Below, one piece after another: positions 13,107 to 27,028 of a stretch of 64,000 nt of DNA; position 1 is the stretch's first letter; every line of letters begins with the position of its first letter. Source of the DNA: Batkoa obscura (Eukaryota); assembly GCA_030770535.1 (NCBI GenBank), contig JASVEC010000010.1:248001-312000 (forward strand), given 5' to 3'. The position numbers were made by a program, and so were the translations under genes. Under the pieces are notes generated by a model, which saw only the letters and a list, made by a program, of their open reading frames with translations, had not been told where the DNA came from and searched no databases.

Positions 13107-14695
13107 CTTTTATTACTAAGATTTGATTATTGTTTGTTGTTAATTATGAGTGTTGTATTAACTAAAAGTAAGTTTATATTTATACTTTATTAATTTATAA
13201 AATTAATTAAAATACTTCATTATTAGATTTTGTTCTATTGATTCTGTTATATTAATTTTTTTGTCCGCATAAATCGATTTTTGAGTTTTTAAATCATGTA
13301 TTTTCTCCGTCTTAATTGTTAATTTATCAAAACATTATTCAAACTTATTTTTTATTAATGAAATTACCATAATTGGAAATCAGTTGCATGATTAAATTGA
13401 TAAATTCAATAATATAATTTAATCTTTTCAAGTTTCGTTAATCAATGGGGGCAATAATTATATGATATTTTTGATACTTTAGTATTATACTCTATTTCAA
13501 CTTTTGTTAAATTAAAATTAAGAGATTAATTAAGTACTTTTCATTTTAATCAACAATCTATGTGAAAAAATTATTTTGTTATTTCTTCCAGTTCATTTTT
13601 CAAACTACTTAAAATATTAAATCTTTGTTTTTTTATTAAAACTCTCAAATAGAGACAACAATTCCGTTATTAATTTTAGTACTTTAAATAAGTAGTTACT
13701 TTTTTTATCCCTTATATTTTATTGATATAGAAATCATCAATTTCAATCCCTTTTATTTTGTTACACTTTTTTGAAAAATATATTATTCTTTTCTTCTATC
13801 CCTTCCTTTATTGATATAGATTCAATATACTTATTAACTTTTAGAACCTAATAAAATTTGTTTTTAGAATCGAATTTCTTCCTAACTTTCTTCTGTAGTT
13901 AAAGAAAGGTGTGCATAGTTTAAAATCGTATTTTTTTCTTATTTTTTTTAGTTAAACTTAAACTCTGGTTTATTTTCTCTCTATTATTACTCCTTATTGA
14001 TATGTCCTTTTCAATTCTATTTTTTCCTTTGGGCTCCTTTTTAATATCCTTTCTTGGAATCTAGGGCTTTTTTGTTACTTTCAATTTGATGCCTTGAATT
14101 TTATGATTATGTTTATGAAAAATATTCAATTACAGTTGCTTATTTTTTAAATTCAATTCAAGCTGTTTGTTTTTTTTGGCTTAAAAATTAAAAATGTCAC
14201 TCTTTATTAGACTTTAATTTTAAGCTTGACTCTAAATTTTTGAAGAAAATATTGAATATCATCTCAAAATTCATTAATACTCTAAATTAATAAACTGATT
14301 ATTGATTTTAAATAATTAAATTTGTTTATTTTATATTATTTTATTTTTTCATTTATAATTATAACTATAATAAAACTAATAATTCTTTTTGAATAAATGA
14401 CAATTCTCTCCAATCTTACCATTTATTAAACTGTCATTTAGAAATAAAGCTCAATTTCAATACTAAAAAGATGACTCATTATTAATAATTAGCAACGCAG
14501 ACAATAAATGAACAATATAATATATCAGTTATAATAGTAAACTTAAACAAACTATCAAATTGAGCAAAGTTCGCAGTTTCTATTACGCAGTAAATAGAGT
14601 AAATAAAATTATTGAGTATAGGAGATTATCATTGTTAATAGAAGAGAGCTATAAATTGAGTTAATTTCTGTTATTTAAAAAAAAAAGAAATAAAA

Positions 14696-17600
14696 ATGGA
14701 AAATCAAAATAAAATAATTGATTATGTCACTGAGGAAGATTTGATTTTTTTTAAACTTGATTTGCCTTTTGAGCAAGTCAATAAGTCACTCAACCTTATT
14801 AATACACCTGAAAGTAGTTGCAGTACAATCATTATAACCTTAGATATTATTAGCTTTGAAAATGATCAAACAACTTATTATTTTTTAAAGCAAAAAATCA
14901 AACAATGGTTAATAAACTTCATTTTAGATATTAATACAATTCATATTATCTTTAAAATTGATAATAATAATCAAATAGTAACATTTAATCTTAAGAATCA
15001 AAATGAATTGATTACTTTTTTTAATTATTGGGATGAAATGGAGAGTAATAATAATTCAAATAATAATAATAATTTAATGGAATTAACAATTGATAAAATG
15101 AGACAAATTATTAATAATAATTGTTTACTATTTTTATTTCTATGTAATAAAGATTATATTGTAATTAATGAATTAGTAAATTATGAAATTAAAGAATGGA
15201 AATTAATGTATCAAGAAATGATTAATAAAATGAAACAACAATGTAAGTTTTATTTAATTCAATTGAAAATAGGAGTAGAAATTAATGTAATTAATTATAA
15301 TATTGAAAAAAAGAATGAAAATACTCAATTTGTTAAAATTGATGATAATATTGTTCATAATATGAAAGAATTAAAGAGTTATTTTAAATTCAATTATTTT
15401 TCTTTATGGTTAAAAGATACTTTTAATGAAAAGTATTATTCAATTACAATTGATGAAAGAGGGAAAGTATGTGTTATTATAAATAAAAATGAAATTAATA
15501 TTAATCAATTGAATATTGTAATTCAACAATATTCATCAAAAGAATATTTAATAACTTCATTTGAAGCTAAAGAAATTCCATTAAATGAACAAAATTTAAA
15601 TTATTTTTTAATTTATTCAGAATTTCAATTAACTCAATTAAATAATATAACAAGAGATGTAATGAATTATTGTTATAAAGAAGTTAACAAAGATAAACTT
15701 AATGAGTTATTAAATCAAGTTTTAATTATAGGTAAACAACTAGCAAAAACTTATTTTAAAGCTGGTAATCTTAATAAATTGAATCTTAATTTTATAAGAG
15801 ATAAATTATGGGAAATTAAACAGTCAAATAATAATATCAAAAAGATGTTAATGAATTTAGTAAATGAAGACAAATTAAGGAATAAGGAATTAATAGAATG
15901 GTATAATTCAATAAATAAGATTATAAATAAATCAATAAAAGAAATCCAAGAATACAATATAAATCAAGAAATGATAACATCAATGGATAATAATACAATG
16001 TTTAAGTTACAAAAACAAAATGAGTTAGTTAATGAAAAGTATAAAAATAATCAATATAAAAATAATGTAATTGTATTAAATAATATTATTGATATATCAA
16101 ATATAAAAGATAATAATAATAGTGATGATTTGATTGGTATTAGTTTAAGAGTTACTAAAAATAAATATAATAATAATAATAAATTTATTATTAATTATAT
16201 TAGTCCATATTTAATACCTATTAATGAAACTATTAATATATTAGAAAATAACAAAAACAAATCCAAACTTATTGTTAAAGATCAATCAAAGTATCAAATT
16301 AATTTAATACTACCAATTTACTTTAATAATCAAATAAAACAAAAAGAGTACATTAATAAATATCAACAAATTAATCAATATTTTAATAATAATAATAATA
16401 ATAAAGACATTGAGTTGGAATTAAAAACAATACCATTTTTAATATTATCAAATTATATTAGTAAAATGATTAATAATAGCAATAAAGAAAATCAGTTAAT
16501 GTATAAAATAGTATTTAATACATGTCAATTTATTTTTATAAATTGTTATCAACAAGACATTCAAAATCAATTAAAACATCAAATTGATTTATGTATTAAT
16601 GAGCCTTTAAATATTATTGATAAAAATATATTTAATTATTTAATATTTTTAATGCAATTATTATTCAGTAAATACAATTCAATTATTACTCAAAAAGAAT
16701 TAAAATTTATTATTAATAAAATTTATGATTTTATAATTGAAGAAAATATTCGTTATAGTTTAAATCAAAATCAATTTAATTTAAAATATTTTAGTGATAC
16801 TTTGGGCATTTTTAATATTAATCCATTAATTATTGAGGATATGTTTAATAAATGGAAGGAAAAGTATGAATTAAAAAATCAAGTAGAATTATTTAATGAT
16901 AAAGGTGTAATAAATTGGGAAAACATTAATAATATTAATATTAATATTAATAAACAACAAGAGTATAATATTAATAATTTCCCAATATATAAGTTTAATA
17001 TCAATAATTTTCAACTTACAACACCAATGATTAATTTTATTAAAGATTGTCAACAACAATATGAAGATTATTTTAGTGATATTAATCAATTAATTCAATT
17101 TGTATTATCATTTAATAATAATAATAATAATAATAATAACAATAATTTAACAATGACTACTTGGCTTAATCAATATACAAAACTTGAACAATTTGTAATA
17201 TTTTATCAATGTTATAAATTAAGAAATCAAAATTATCAAGATAAACTCATGTTACAAAATAATCATACACTTTTAACAACTATTATATCTAAAGATAAAT
17301 CAAATAATAAAAGTATACAATATATAACGAATATAGTAGAGACATATATTAATCAAAAATTAAATAATAAATTAAAACAACATCTTAATAAAATTCAAGA
17401 TCAAAAATCATATTTATTAGCAACTCAATTTTCAATTACTAATGATTTATCACAAGCATTTGACATCTTAAAATATTTTATAAAATATCGATCTGTTAAA
17501 TCATTTAATTATATAATTCAACAAATGCAATTAGATATTCAATATCAATATGAAATTCAATTAAGAATTAATAAATTAAAGTTATTAATTTTTGGAGAAT

Positions 17601-17785
17601 ATTTAAATCAATCTTGGGTTAATGGAAGAGGTGGGAAAATATGGTATCCTTCTAACAAAAATATTAAAAGATTCTGTTATCCCTTGATTTATTTAGACAA
17701 AAAATTAAAGATTGAAGTGAATGTATTAGAAGTTAAAAAATTATTTGAATTTAAAAAAGAATTAATGAATCGATTATTTAATTAA
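14696..17785 (+). CDS. Intronless 1029-aa Asn/Ile-rich protein, diverged paralog of 29842..33024
   Basis: 3.1-kb open frame in extremely AT-rich DNA. Shares ordered motifs with the 1060-aa ORF (IGISLRV, INLILPIYF, ELKTIPFLILS, EENIR, IKYRSVKSFNY, WYPSNKNIKR). Confidence 0.85.
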   Translation: MENQNKIIDYVTEEDLIFFKLDLPFEQVNKSLNLINTPESSCSTIIITLDIISFENDQTTYYFLKQKIKQWLINFILDINTIHIIFKIDNNNQIVTFNLKNQNELITFFNYWDEMESNNNSNNNNNLMELTIDKMRQIINNNCLLFLFLCNKDYIVINELVNYEIKEWKLMYQEMINKMKQQCKFYLIQLKIGVEINVINYNIEKKNENTQFVKIDDNIVHNMKELKSYFKFNYFSLWLKDTFNEKYYSITIDERGKVCVIINKNEININQLNIVIQQYSSKEYLITSFEAKEIPLNEQNLNYFLIYSEFQLTQLNNITRDVMNYCYKEVNKDKLNELLNQVLIIGKQLAKTYFKAGNLNKLNLNFIRDKLWEIKQSNNNIKKMLMNLVNEDKLRNKELIEWYNSINKIINKSIKEIQEYNINQEMITSMDNNTMFKLQKQNELVNEKYKNNQYKNNVIVLNNIIDISNIKDNNNSDDLIGISLRVTKNKYNNNNKFIINYISPYLIPINETINILENNKNKSKLIVKDQSKYQINLILPIYFNNQIKQKEYINKYQQINQYFNNNNNNKDIELELKTIPFLILSNYISKMINNSNKENQLMYKIVFNTCQFIFINCYQQDIQNQLKHQIDLCINEPLNIIDKNIFNYLIFLMQLLFSKYNSIITQKELKFIINKIYDFIIEENIRYSLNQNQFNLKYFSDTLGIFNINPLIIEDMFNKWKEKYELKNQVELFNDKGVINWENINNINININKQQEYNINNFPIYKFNINNFQLTTPMINFIKDCQQQYEDYFSDINQLIQFVLSFNNNNNNNNNNNLTMTTWLNQYTKLEQFVIFYQCYKLRNQNYQDKLMLQNNHTLLTTIISKDKSNNKSIQYITNIVETYINQKLNNKLKQHLNKIQDQKSYLLATQFSITNDLSQAFDILKYFIKYRSVKSFNYIIQQMQLDIQYQYEIQLRINKLKLLIFGEYLNQSWVNGRGGKIWYPSNKNIKRFCYPLIYLDKKLKIEVNVLEVKKLFEFKKELMNRLFN

Positions 17786-17814
17786 ATTAATTTTTTTAAA
17801 TAATAATAAAATGA

Positions 17815-17959
17815 AGTTTATTTTTTATTTTATTTTTATTTTTTATTTTTTATTTTATTTTTATTTTTTATTTTTTATTTTTTATTTTTTATTTTATTTT
17901 TATTTTTTATTTTTTATTTTTTATTTTTTATTTTTTATTTTTTATTTTTTATTTTATTT
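17815..17959. repeat. (T5-6A)n simple tandem repeat
   Basis: About 145 bp of TTTTTA/TTTTTTA units between two convergent genes. Confidence 0.9.
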
Positions 17960-18155
17960 AGCTGTTTTATAAATATAATAATTAATTAATTAATAATTTA
18001 ATACAAATTTGGATTTTTATTATTATTAAATAGAAAATAAATAAATAAAGAATAGAGATATAATATTATATAAGTAAGAAGTGAAGTTTCATTATCGAAA
18101 TAAATTTGAGCTTAAAATGCAAAATAATAATATTTGTAAAATTCCTTTTTCAATA

Positions 18156-19697
18156 TTATAAATTATTTAATATTTGTTGATATTTCACACATAATAAATC
18201 TTTTGTTTCTAATTCTTTTTGTAATTCAATTAATTGATTATTTAATATATGTTTATCATTTGTCCATTCATCTTTCATCTTTAATTGATTTTTTTTTTCT
18301 AATTCCATTTGATTTTTTAAATTTTCATTTTCCATTTTAATTGTATTTAATTCATTATCAATATCATATAATAATTCTTCAACTTCGTTAATACTTAATT
18401 TATTTTTCATTTCGTTATCATGATTTTGAATTTTACTTTCTAATAAACTATTTCTATCTTGTAATATTAACATTTTATCAATTAAATCTTGATTTTCTAA
18501 TACTAAATTTTGTACTGTTTGAAGAAAATTTTGAAAATTATATCGTTGATTCTCTTCTTTTTCATCTTCAAAGTTAGGTAATTGATGATATAAAGCAGCT
18601 AACTGTTCGTTTATTTTTAAATTTCTCGAATAATGTTTTTCTACTTCTTGTTGACATTCTTTTAATTTTTGTATTAATTCTCCTTCTCCTTTCGATTTTA
18701 TTAACAATTCATTTTCTTTTTCTGTTAATTTTAATTTGTTTCTCATTTCTTCCTTTTCTACTCTTTCAATAGCTAATTGTTTTTCAATTTCTTTCTTACT
18801 TCCCACTTCCAATTTTAATTTGAAATTTTCTTCTTTTAAACTCTCATAATCGAATCCTTCTCTTTCCTTTTGTAATTCTAATATTAACTTTTCTTTCTTA
18901 TCTAATAAAGAGAGTGCTCTTTCTAACCCATTATCTTCCCTTCTCTCTTTCTTTCTACTAAAGGATTCTGATATAACTGCCATATTACTTCTATTGTCTT
19001 CTTTATTCTTACGTTTGACTTCGAGGACAAGAATGGCTGCATGATGTTGACTCAATCTTTTTTGATATGACCAAATTTGATTTTTAACTTGCCAAATTTC
19101 CGAAATTAATTGATTTAATTTATCATTAGCTTTTTCTAATTGTTCTTCTGCTTGGTCCATCATTTTTTTATTACTGGAGTGAAGTTGACGTAAGGATAAA
19201 GCTGCATCTCGTACTTTGGTTTCTAATTCATAACGTTCGGTTAGAGATTGAGAGCGGGAAGTTAAATTGAGCAATTCAGTTTTTATTTTATAAATGTCTT
19301 CTCTTGATAACACTAAATAACCTTCTGATTCTAGGATCGCCTTTTCAAGTTCATTCTGATATGCTGGATCTTTCCCTCCATTATTTAATTTAATATCGTT
19401 AGATTCATTTGGTGTGGATAAATCAGATTCCCTTTCACTGGATGAAGAGTTTTCACTTAACATATCTGGTGGATTTCCAATTTCTGAAGAGATACTTTGT
19501 TGAAAATAATGCTTTTTAATTTCAGAATAAGTCACTATTTTTTCTTTTGAGGAATTGAGACTCAATTGAGAATCTTCTAAATCAAAAACAGCACGTATAC
19601 TCTTACTCATCGTGTTGCTACGTCCGCGCTAATTAAATGAAATAAGTTAATATTTGGATGTTAAATTAGTAGAATAATTTACATTAGTACGGATCAT
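18156..19697 (-). CDS. Uds1 (up-regulated during septation)-domain coiled-coil protein, 2 exons
   Basis: SEGYLVLSREDI...LETKVRDAALSL...RLSQHHAAIL fits the Uds1 domain. Short first exon MIRTN (ATG 19697) splices in frame to RGRSNTMSKS. Confidence 0.8.
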
Positions 19698-20503
19698 GGT
19701 TAAATTATATGATAGGTTGTTTTTGATAAAAAGATATAAAAATATAAATAAAAGAAAAATTCAAAAATAAATAGAATTTTATTAATACGTTTTAACTAGT
19801 AAATTTATAACGTTTTATATTAGATTTCAAACTTTAAAAAATATTAGTCTTAATCCTCATTTACTTAATTGATAAAACTGAACAACGTTTCATGAGTTTC
19901 GGAGTATTTCTTTTTAAGTATTTAAATTCAAAATTTAAGTTCAATCATTGGTTCTTCAATGGAATTTTTACCAATTAAAATGAATTTCATTTTTAAGCTA
20001 TTAGACAACACTAGGTATTTGCTATTTTGGATCTTTTTCAAATAATAAAAAAATAAAGTAGTTGGTTTGAAAGACCAAAGATAAAGTGAAAGCTATTAGT
20101 ATGAGTAGCTGATATTATCATTTTGAATATTCATACTACTTTATAATGGGCTATTATTACCCTTTTTTAGCTGCATTAAAGTTTGAACTTGAAATTGTTG
20201 GGATTATCAATTATTGAATTTCAAAAGTAGAAATAAGCTTAAAAAATAAAATTAGTTTCAAATATTAAAAAATTCCTCCAATATAATTGTTCCATCTCTT
20301 TTATGACCTCTTTACAAGTAATTTTTAGAACTAATTTAATTTCACAATTGGTTTTAAAAACCTGATTGATATATTTGAGCAACTTTTAATATCTTTTTCT
20401 TTCAAAAAAGCTTTTGATAGGTCCTAAAAGAGCCGCAACAGTTATGAGAAAATCCTTTAACTTTTATTGTACTAAAAGTAATAAATTTTAAATTTGTTAC
20501 AAA

Positions 20504-20579
20504 TATAGTGATATTTTTTAAGCGCTATGTGAGTGAAAAAATTGTAGCAAAATTTTAAATAAAATAGCACATTCCCATA
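20504..20579 (-). mobile_element. MITE family copy with internal deletion
   Basis: TTTAAGCGCTATGTGAGTGAAAAAATTGTAGCAAAATT...CACATTCCCATA matches the reverse of the family consensus. Confidence 0.7.
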
Positions 20580-21198
20580 TTATTTAAAAGTTGGATTCAA
20601 ATAGGCTTAAATTCAAATTTTGTTTAATAATTTTTTAGCTGAGGTTAAACTGACATCTAAAGTTAGGCCTTCAATTTTAGGCCAATTTTTATTGACATTG
20701 TATTATAGTCTTATAAATCTAGTTAGTTTTAGTTAAGTTTCAAAAATAACTTAGATTGATGAAGTAGATAGTTATTAAACTTTGCCTTAGCTCTAACATG
20801 AAAGCTAGTATTGATTTCTTAAGATCTTGACTATTATCATTATCCTATTAAGTTTCTTAAGAAGCCACTTACCAGCTTTTCTTTTCTTCAAAAAATTATT
20901 TAAGAAAACTTATTTTAGTTTAATTAGATCCCATTTCACATTAAAATTGATAAGCAAACTTAATAGAAGACAATAACTCTATAAAAAAAGACAAAAATTT
21001 TTATTAAACAAAAAAACTACATTTTAAAAGAAAAACTTCGATCAATGATTATATGTATTAATCATTCCTATTTCAATCTTTAAGTCAAACTATTAACTTA
21101 ATTTTTAATAACAATGAAATTCAATATAATCTTAATTCAATTTCATTTTTTCAATAGATCATAAATAATAAATAACACTCAAAATCCATTTTTCAATG

Positions 21199-22893
21199 TC
21201 ATGATTGTGATAAATCATTATTACTTGGTGAAAATGTTTCTTCACCATCATCATATATTTCCATTTCATCTTCTTTATAAACGTAATAGTATCGTTTCAA
21301 TAACAAAAACACTATAAATCCAAATGCTGATAATCCAACATATAACCATAATCGTATATATAAATCTACTTGTTGTAATATAGCTTCTAATATTGAGACG
21401 ATGATATTTCCTAAAGCACTTGATAATAACCATAATGAAGAAGAACTAGCTTTCATTTGTGTACCTACTTGAGAATAAGCAAACTCAAATGCAGTTGGCA
21501 TTACTAAAGCTTCTCCAAGGGATAAGATAATCCATTGTGGTATTTGCCATACCCAAGTTAAACAACCATCACATGAAGTCACTTCTAAATCTGCTACAGG
21601 TACAATTGAGTGCGATACATTGTTATAATAATAATCAACTTGATATTGTAATATATTACTAATAATAAAAGCGATCAAAACAAGTAAATAACCTAAGCCC
21701 ATACGATCTAATAATTTAAAACTTATATTCTTTTTTCTAAGGTAAGGGTATATTATGTAATTAAAAAGTGGGATTAAAAACATAATTAATATTGTATTAA
21801 AATAATTGCTAAGTTCAGTTGAAAAGGTAAGGTTGGTCCCAATACGACGATCCATAAATTCAATTTGATGCTGCCATTCACTATTATATTGATCAAATAG
21901 AATAAAGAAAAATATAAATGGGACAAACATAACAATTACTTTACCCAATAATCGAATTTCTTCAGTAAAATGGGCACCAACTAAATCATCTGCAAAATTA
22001 AGCCAATGACCGTATAATTCTTTTTCATTAGCTGGTGCTTTACTCCATAACTTTCTAGCGGATATGGCTGTTTTAATGGCTTTCCAGGGTAAAAATTCTT
22101 TAGGTGGTGGTATCACACGATAAAATGGGGATCCAAATATAAAAAAGGTAAGTGAGATAGCTAATACAATGGCACATAATCCAAAGGAGGCAAAATAACA
22201 TTTAGTACCAAAACATGTGATATTATCTTTTATAATTGGTGATAATATACCTGCAAACATGGAACCGATATTGGCTGCCCAAAAAAAGAATAAAAAGAAA
22301 CGTGATAATAAATGATAATGAGATGGTGGAAATTGATCACCGCCATGAGAAGCAATACATGGCTTAATACCCCCTGTTCCTATACCAATTAAATAAAGGG
22401 AAAATAAAATAGTCCACAAAGGAAAATTGTCTTCGCTTTGAGTATAATCCCAAAGTAAATCATTAATAGAAAATACAGATAAAAGCGATGTACCAACAAG
22501 ATAAATAATGGACATAACAACAATTGTATTATATTTCCCAAAGTAGCTATCCGATAATGCAGCTCCAATTAGTGGGAATAAATTGGTCAAACTAACCCAA
22601 ACATGAAATTGAGTTTTGGCACTCTCTTTTTTTAAACCAGCTACTCTTGCTAAAAATAAAAATACTAATGGCTTAATACCATTATAACAAAAGCGTTCAC
22701 CAAATTCATTAATTGTTACAAAAGGTACAGCTTTTGGAAAACTATTTGGTTTCTGTTGTATTATGGAATCAATCTCACGGTTAATCTCTTGTTCTTCATT
22801 AAATCTTAATTCATCTATAATTGAAGGAGTTAATTCCACTTGATTGATTTGATCCAGTTTATACTGTTCTAAGTTTGTAGAGTTATTATCCAT
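21199..22893 (-). CDS. POT/PTR family oligopeptide transporter, intronless
   Basis: NEFGERFCYNG (ExxERFxYxG), GAALSDSYFGKY, GTGGIKPC...GGDQF, EFAYSQ; about 12 hydrophobic segments. Confidence 0.95.
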   Translation of the reverse strand: MDNNSTNLEQYKLDQINQVELTPSIIDELRFNEEQEINREIDSIIQQKPNSFPKAVPFVTINEFGERFCYNGIKPLVFLFLARVAGLKKESAKTQFHVWVSLTNLFPLIGAALSDSYFGKYNTIVVMSIIYLVGTSLLSVFSINDLLWDYTQSEDNFPLWTILFSLYLIGIGTGGIKPCIASHGGDQFPPSHYHLLSRFFLFFFWAANIGSMFAGILSPIIKDNITCFGTKCYFASFGLCAIVLAISLTFFIFGSPFYRVIPPPKEFLPWKAIKTAISARKLWSKAPANEKELYGHWLNFADDLVGAHFTEEIRLLGKVIVMFVPFIFFFILFDQYNSEWQHQIEFMDRRIGTNLTFSTELSNYFNTILIMFLIPLFNYIIYPYLRKKNISFKLLDRMGLGYLLVLIAFIISNILQYQVDYYYNNVSHSIVPVADLEVTSCDGCLTWVWQIPQWIILSLGEALVMPTAFEFAYSQVGTQMKASSSSLWLLSSALGNIIVSILEAILQQVDLYIRLWLYVGLSAFGFIVFLLLKRYYYVYKEDEMEIYDDGEETFSPSNNDLSQS

Positions 22894-25327
22894 CCACTTA
22901 ATTCAAGTTGAAAGAAGATAAAATAAAAAAGTTAACAAATAATATGAAATTTGAACTTTTTTAATCAAATTATTAAAAATGATATCAAACTAGTTGGTTA
23001 TAAATTTAAATCTTACTAATTTTGTAACTTAAAAAACTTCAAACGGCCCCATTAAAAAGCTATCTTTGGAACACTTCTTATTTAAATTCGCTCATTAGTT
23101 CAATATAAAAGGTGAATTGGTTGCGATTAATTCAACTTTGACTTTATTTAGTTGTTCATTTTAAATTGGTTTTACTTCAAATGGTTGAGTGATCTTTATC
23201 TGATTTGCTAAACAATAATAATCCACAAATCACTTAGCTCCTATATTTATCATGCGTTGATGATTGGATACGTAATAAACAATTATTAACTATAGGTTTG
23301 AGAGAAGGTTGATTAAATCGAGTCTATAAAAAGAAGAAACTCAATTTAAATTCTTAAATTTAAGATCAAAGATTTTCATTACCTTAATTAATCTCAAAAT
23401 TAATTTATAAAATGTAAAAATAAAATAAAAAATAAAGGAGTGGCAAAACAAAGTTAAGGAAAGAGACATAGGATAATAGGATACCTAAGTTAAAAGTACA
23501 AAATTATTATCTTTTATAGTAAAAAATTGATTTTTTATCGTACCAATGTTAACTCATTATGTAATATTTTTTACGCATTAATTAGCCTTTAAGGTGGATT
23601 CTTGGCTAAATAGAAGGGCTATTCTATTATTCTTTTTATTCATTTCTATCACTGCAACTTTTGCAGTACTTTGAATAGATCAGAATAATAAGATTTGCCC
23701 GAAAACTATTCTACACAGTATAACTGTTTTGTGGCATAACTAGCTATTAATCTAAGGGAAAAAATTATGTCAAAATTGGCATTAATATATGGACTAGGCA
23801 TTAAAAAATAGGCTAATAAATAAGTTGATTATAAAAATCATCGCTAAAATAGTCACAAAAGAGTTACAATAGATGTATTAATCTCTAATTGTTTTTAAAT
23901 TTTTTATCCCTAAGTCTATTTATATTTTTAAACATAATTCCTGCTCCGTTATTATTTTAATTTAATATGATAACAAAAGAATGCAAAGTTGATATAGTAT
24001 ACGAGTTATAGTCTTTCTAATTAAAGTTATATATCAAAACTTCATTTTAAAGCATTAAAATTTAATAAATGACATGTAAATATTACTTCGTTAATTTTAT
24101 ATCACATAAAAAATAGACAAATGAAGGAAACTAAAGAAGATACTACTTTATTTCATGTTTAACATTTGAAAATACTCAACAACTTCCCAAAAATAATAAG
24201 TTTAAAATTTTCAAATATAAAAAAATAGAAGTTAAAAGAGAATATAAAAATTAAATTCAAATACTTGATAATAAATTAAACTCAATATTAAAGATCTATA
24301 AAAACACTAGAACTATTCAAGCTATTTGTAAACAATTAAAAGTGCTTCAACACTCAGGAGGTTGAATAACATTAAATAACGATCAAACTATTAAAACAGG
24401 GAGAATAAGGGATAAAAATATTAATGATCTAGAGGCATAGTTATTAGGTTAGGATATTAACTATTATCTTTTATGCTATTTATAAAATATCAACTGTTAT
24501 TTCTAGTTTTTTATTGTTATATTTTCGAAACTTTTATTATTATAAAAGGATAATTGGTTTAAAATATCAACAGTTTTTAGCTAAAAGCCATATGAGGATT
24601 TGAATAAATATCACATTCTTAAGTGACGTTTCATAAAATAATAACGTCATTTGTTAATTACACAATTGAATAGGTTCTATTATAGTATAGTATTGTTGTA
24701 AGGTATTTTATATCAAATATTTATTATCAAATAATTCTAAAGTTTTGTTTTTTATAGTTTATGAATTTTTGATATTAAAAAACACAAGTTGCTATATACG
24801 GATGATAAAACCTATTGAGGGTACTTTTAAAAAATGTGTGTAGTTATAAATAATTGACTTTTATGTAATAAATCATTAAAAATAGGTGTTAGCCAAGGAC
24901 TTTTACTTTTAATAATCATAATAATAATTGAGCTACTAAAACATCAAGCTAGCTTATTTAATGAATTAGATCTTTTATTCTAAGCCAAGACTCCACTTCT
25001 TAAAAAAAGATTGAATCACCTGTGGCTTATAATAGTGGTTCTAAATAGATAGGTTTGATAGTATTCTATAATATTTGTTATGATTTTAATAACAATAACA
25101 ATGGATTCAAATGAAAATTAATTTAACAGGTTAAAATGAGCAAATGAAATAAGAAATTGCTATTCAAGTATTGAAAAGAAGCTGTAATCAAAAAGGGGCA
25201 GTTGGGGCATAACTAATTAGCCAACTGGAGAAATCAAAAAAAGGAGGGGAAAAAATAAATCTAAGGGGGTAAAATATAAATATGAAAAACAATGAAATTT
25301 TAAACGTTTATTTTTTTTATTTATATA

Positions 25328-26205
25328 ATGGAACAAATTAATAGTTTATTTAATTCCGCGTTATTAAACAATGACGAAGTCAATTGGATTCAAGTACATG
25401 AAGACAATTTAGCTTTAGCTTTAAACTCTTCTTCCCCCAATTTATCTTTATCTTGCTCTGATGATAGTACTATCAATGAACTTGTACCAACTATCAAAAA
25501 AAAACCAAAAAAGGGAGCTTGGACAAAGGAAGAAGATGGCTTATTAATTCAACTCATGAATGAAAATAAAAATACAATTTCATGGTCCTCTTTTGGTCGA
25601 GTTATAAAAACACGTACTGGTAAACAATGTAGAGAGAGATGGCATAATCACCTTGATCCAAATGGTAGTGCTATTTATTTCTTTTAATGTATTAAGATAT
25701 TAACTTTATATTAGTAAATAAAGCCCCATTTACTGACCAAGAAAATCAAATAATCTTAGATATGTATCATAAAATTGGTCCCAAATGGGCCACTATTTCA
25801 AAGCAATTAGTTGGAAGGTAGATTAAATTTTATTTAATAGCTTATATTTTATATTAAATTCTTAATTTTAGACCCGATAATTCCATTAAAAATCATTTTA
25901 ACACCGCATTAAATCCACATAAACAAGAAGCAAGAAGGAAACGAAAAGAAAAAGTAGAACAAAGTAAAAAAGTGAGAAAAATCAAAAAACAAGAGGAAGT
26001 CTCTACCGACTATTTAGATACTACGGATTATTCACAACCTTCTCCAGCCTTAAATTTATTTGATCATTTTTTTAATCCAGATTATTCCTTTATAACTCAA
26101 TCCACTTCTACAGCTACTATCCCTACTTCCTCTACAACTATAACTTCTAATGATGATGATGAGTTTCTAGAAAATTTTAGTAGAGCGTTTTTAAACGATA
26201 TTTAA
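25328..26205 (+). CDS. Two-repeat Myb transcription factor, 3 exons
   Basis: KGAWTKEED...RTGKQCRERWHNHLDPN|VNKAPFTDQEN...GPKWATISKQLVGR|PDNSIKNHFN across two GT-AG introns. Confidence 0.93.
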
Positions 26206-27028
26206 TTTTTTTTTCTTTCTTTTCCTTTGGTGTTATCATTAATTACTTTACAATAAACAGCTATTTATTATTTGTGTCTTCAATATTTTATTTTTGCTTA
26301 TTACTTACTTATTAAGAATTAATAGTCCATTGTTTTACATCAAATTTATTGATTTAAAACATTAAATAATTATTACTTTGAAAGCTTGTATAAAATGGTC
26401 ATGTTAATAAATGAAGTAATATTTTTATTATTTGATACTATTATACAAGTATAATTTTTTAAACTGTAAATTCTATAAAATTTGTTACATTTTTATTTAG
26501 ATACTATAGTATACTAAATATCCCATAATGCATAAACTATTCTAATTAAATAATAAAAGTTGTATAAGAGCATATAAGTTTCAAGAGGTTTTAATATTTT
26601 AATAAATCCATTTTTTAAATACAAAGTGTTCAAATATTTTGTTTATTTTTCTAATAAAAACAGTCTAATGCTTTGCAGAACTTTAAACTTATTTTAGCCT
26701 ATATAAAACATTCATGTATACTAGCTTACGAACTTACAAAGGTATTTAGTTTATTTTGGTAATCTTTTGAGATGCTAAATTAGAAGCAAGTAAACAACAT
26801 TTTTATACAAATTAATCAAATAATACATTTTAATATAAACAATTGTAATATAAATATGAGTATTAAATAAAAGAATTTTTTATTTACTATTTAACTATTC
26901 TTATCAATTCTTAATAATATTTTTTGATTAAATAACTGCTTAATGATTAAAAATGATACTTATGAAAAAAAATACTACTCTGGTTTTGTAAAGGCTTTAT
27001 ATTTATATCAAAAATAAACAAGATGATA

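Noticed and set aside
13500..14300. Lys-rich broken minus-strand frames with short direct repeats, possibly a TE relic
   Set aside because: No diagnostic domain or termini could be recognised.
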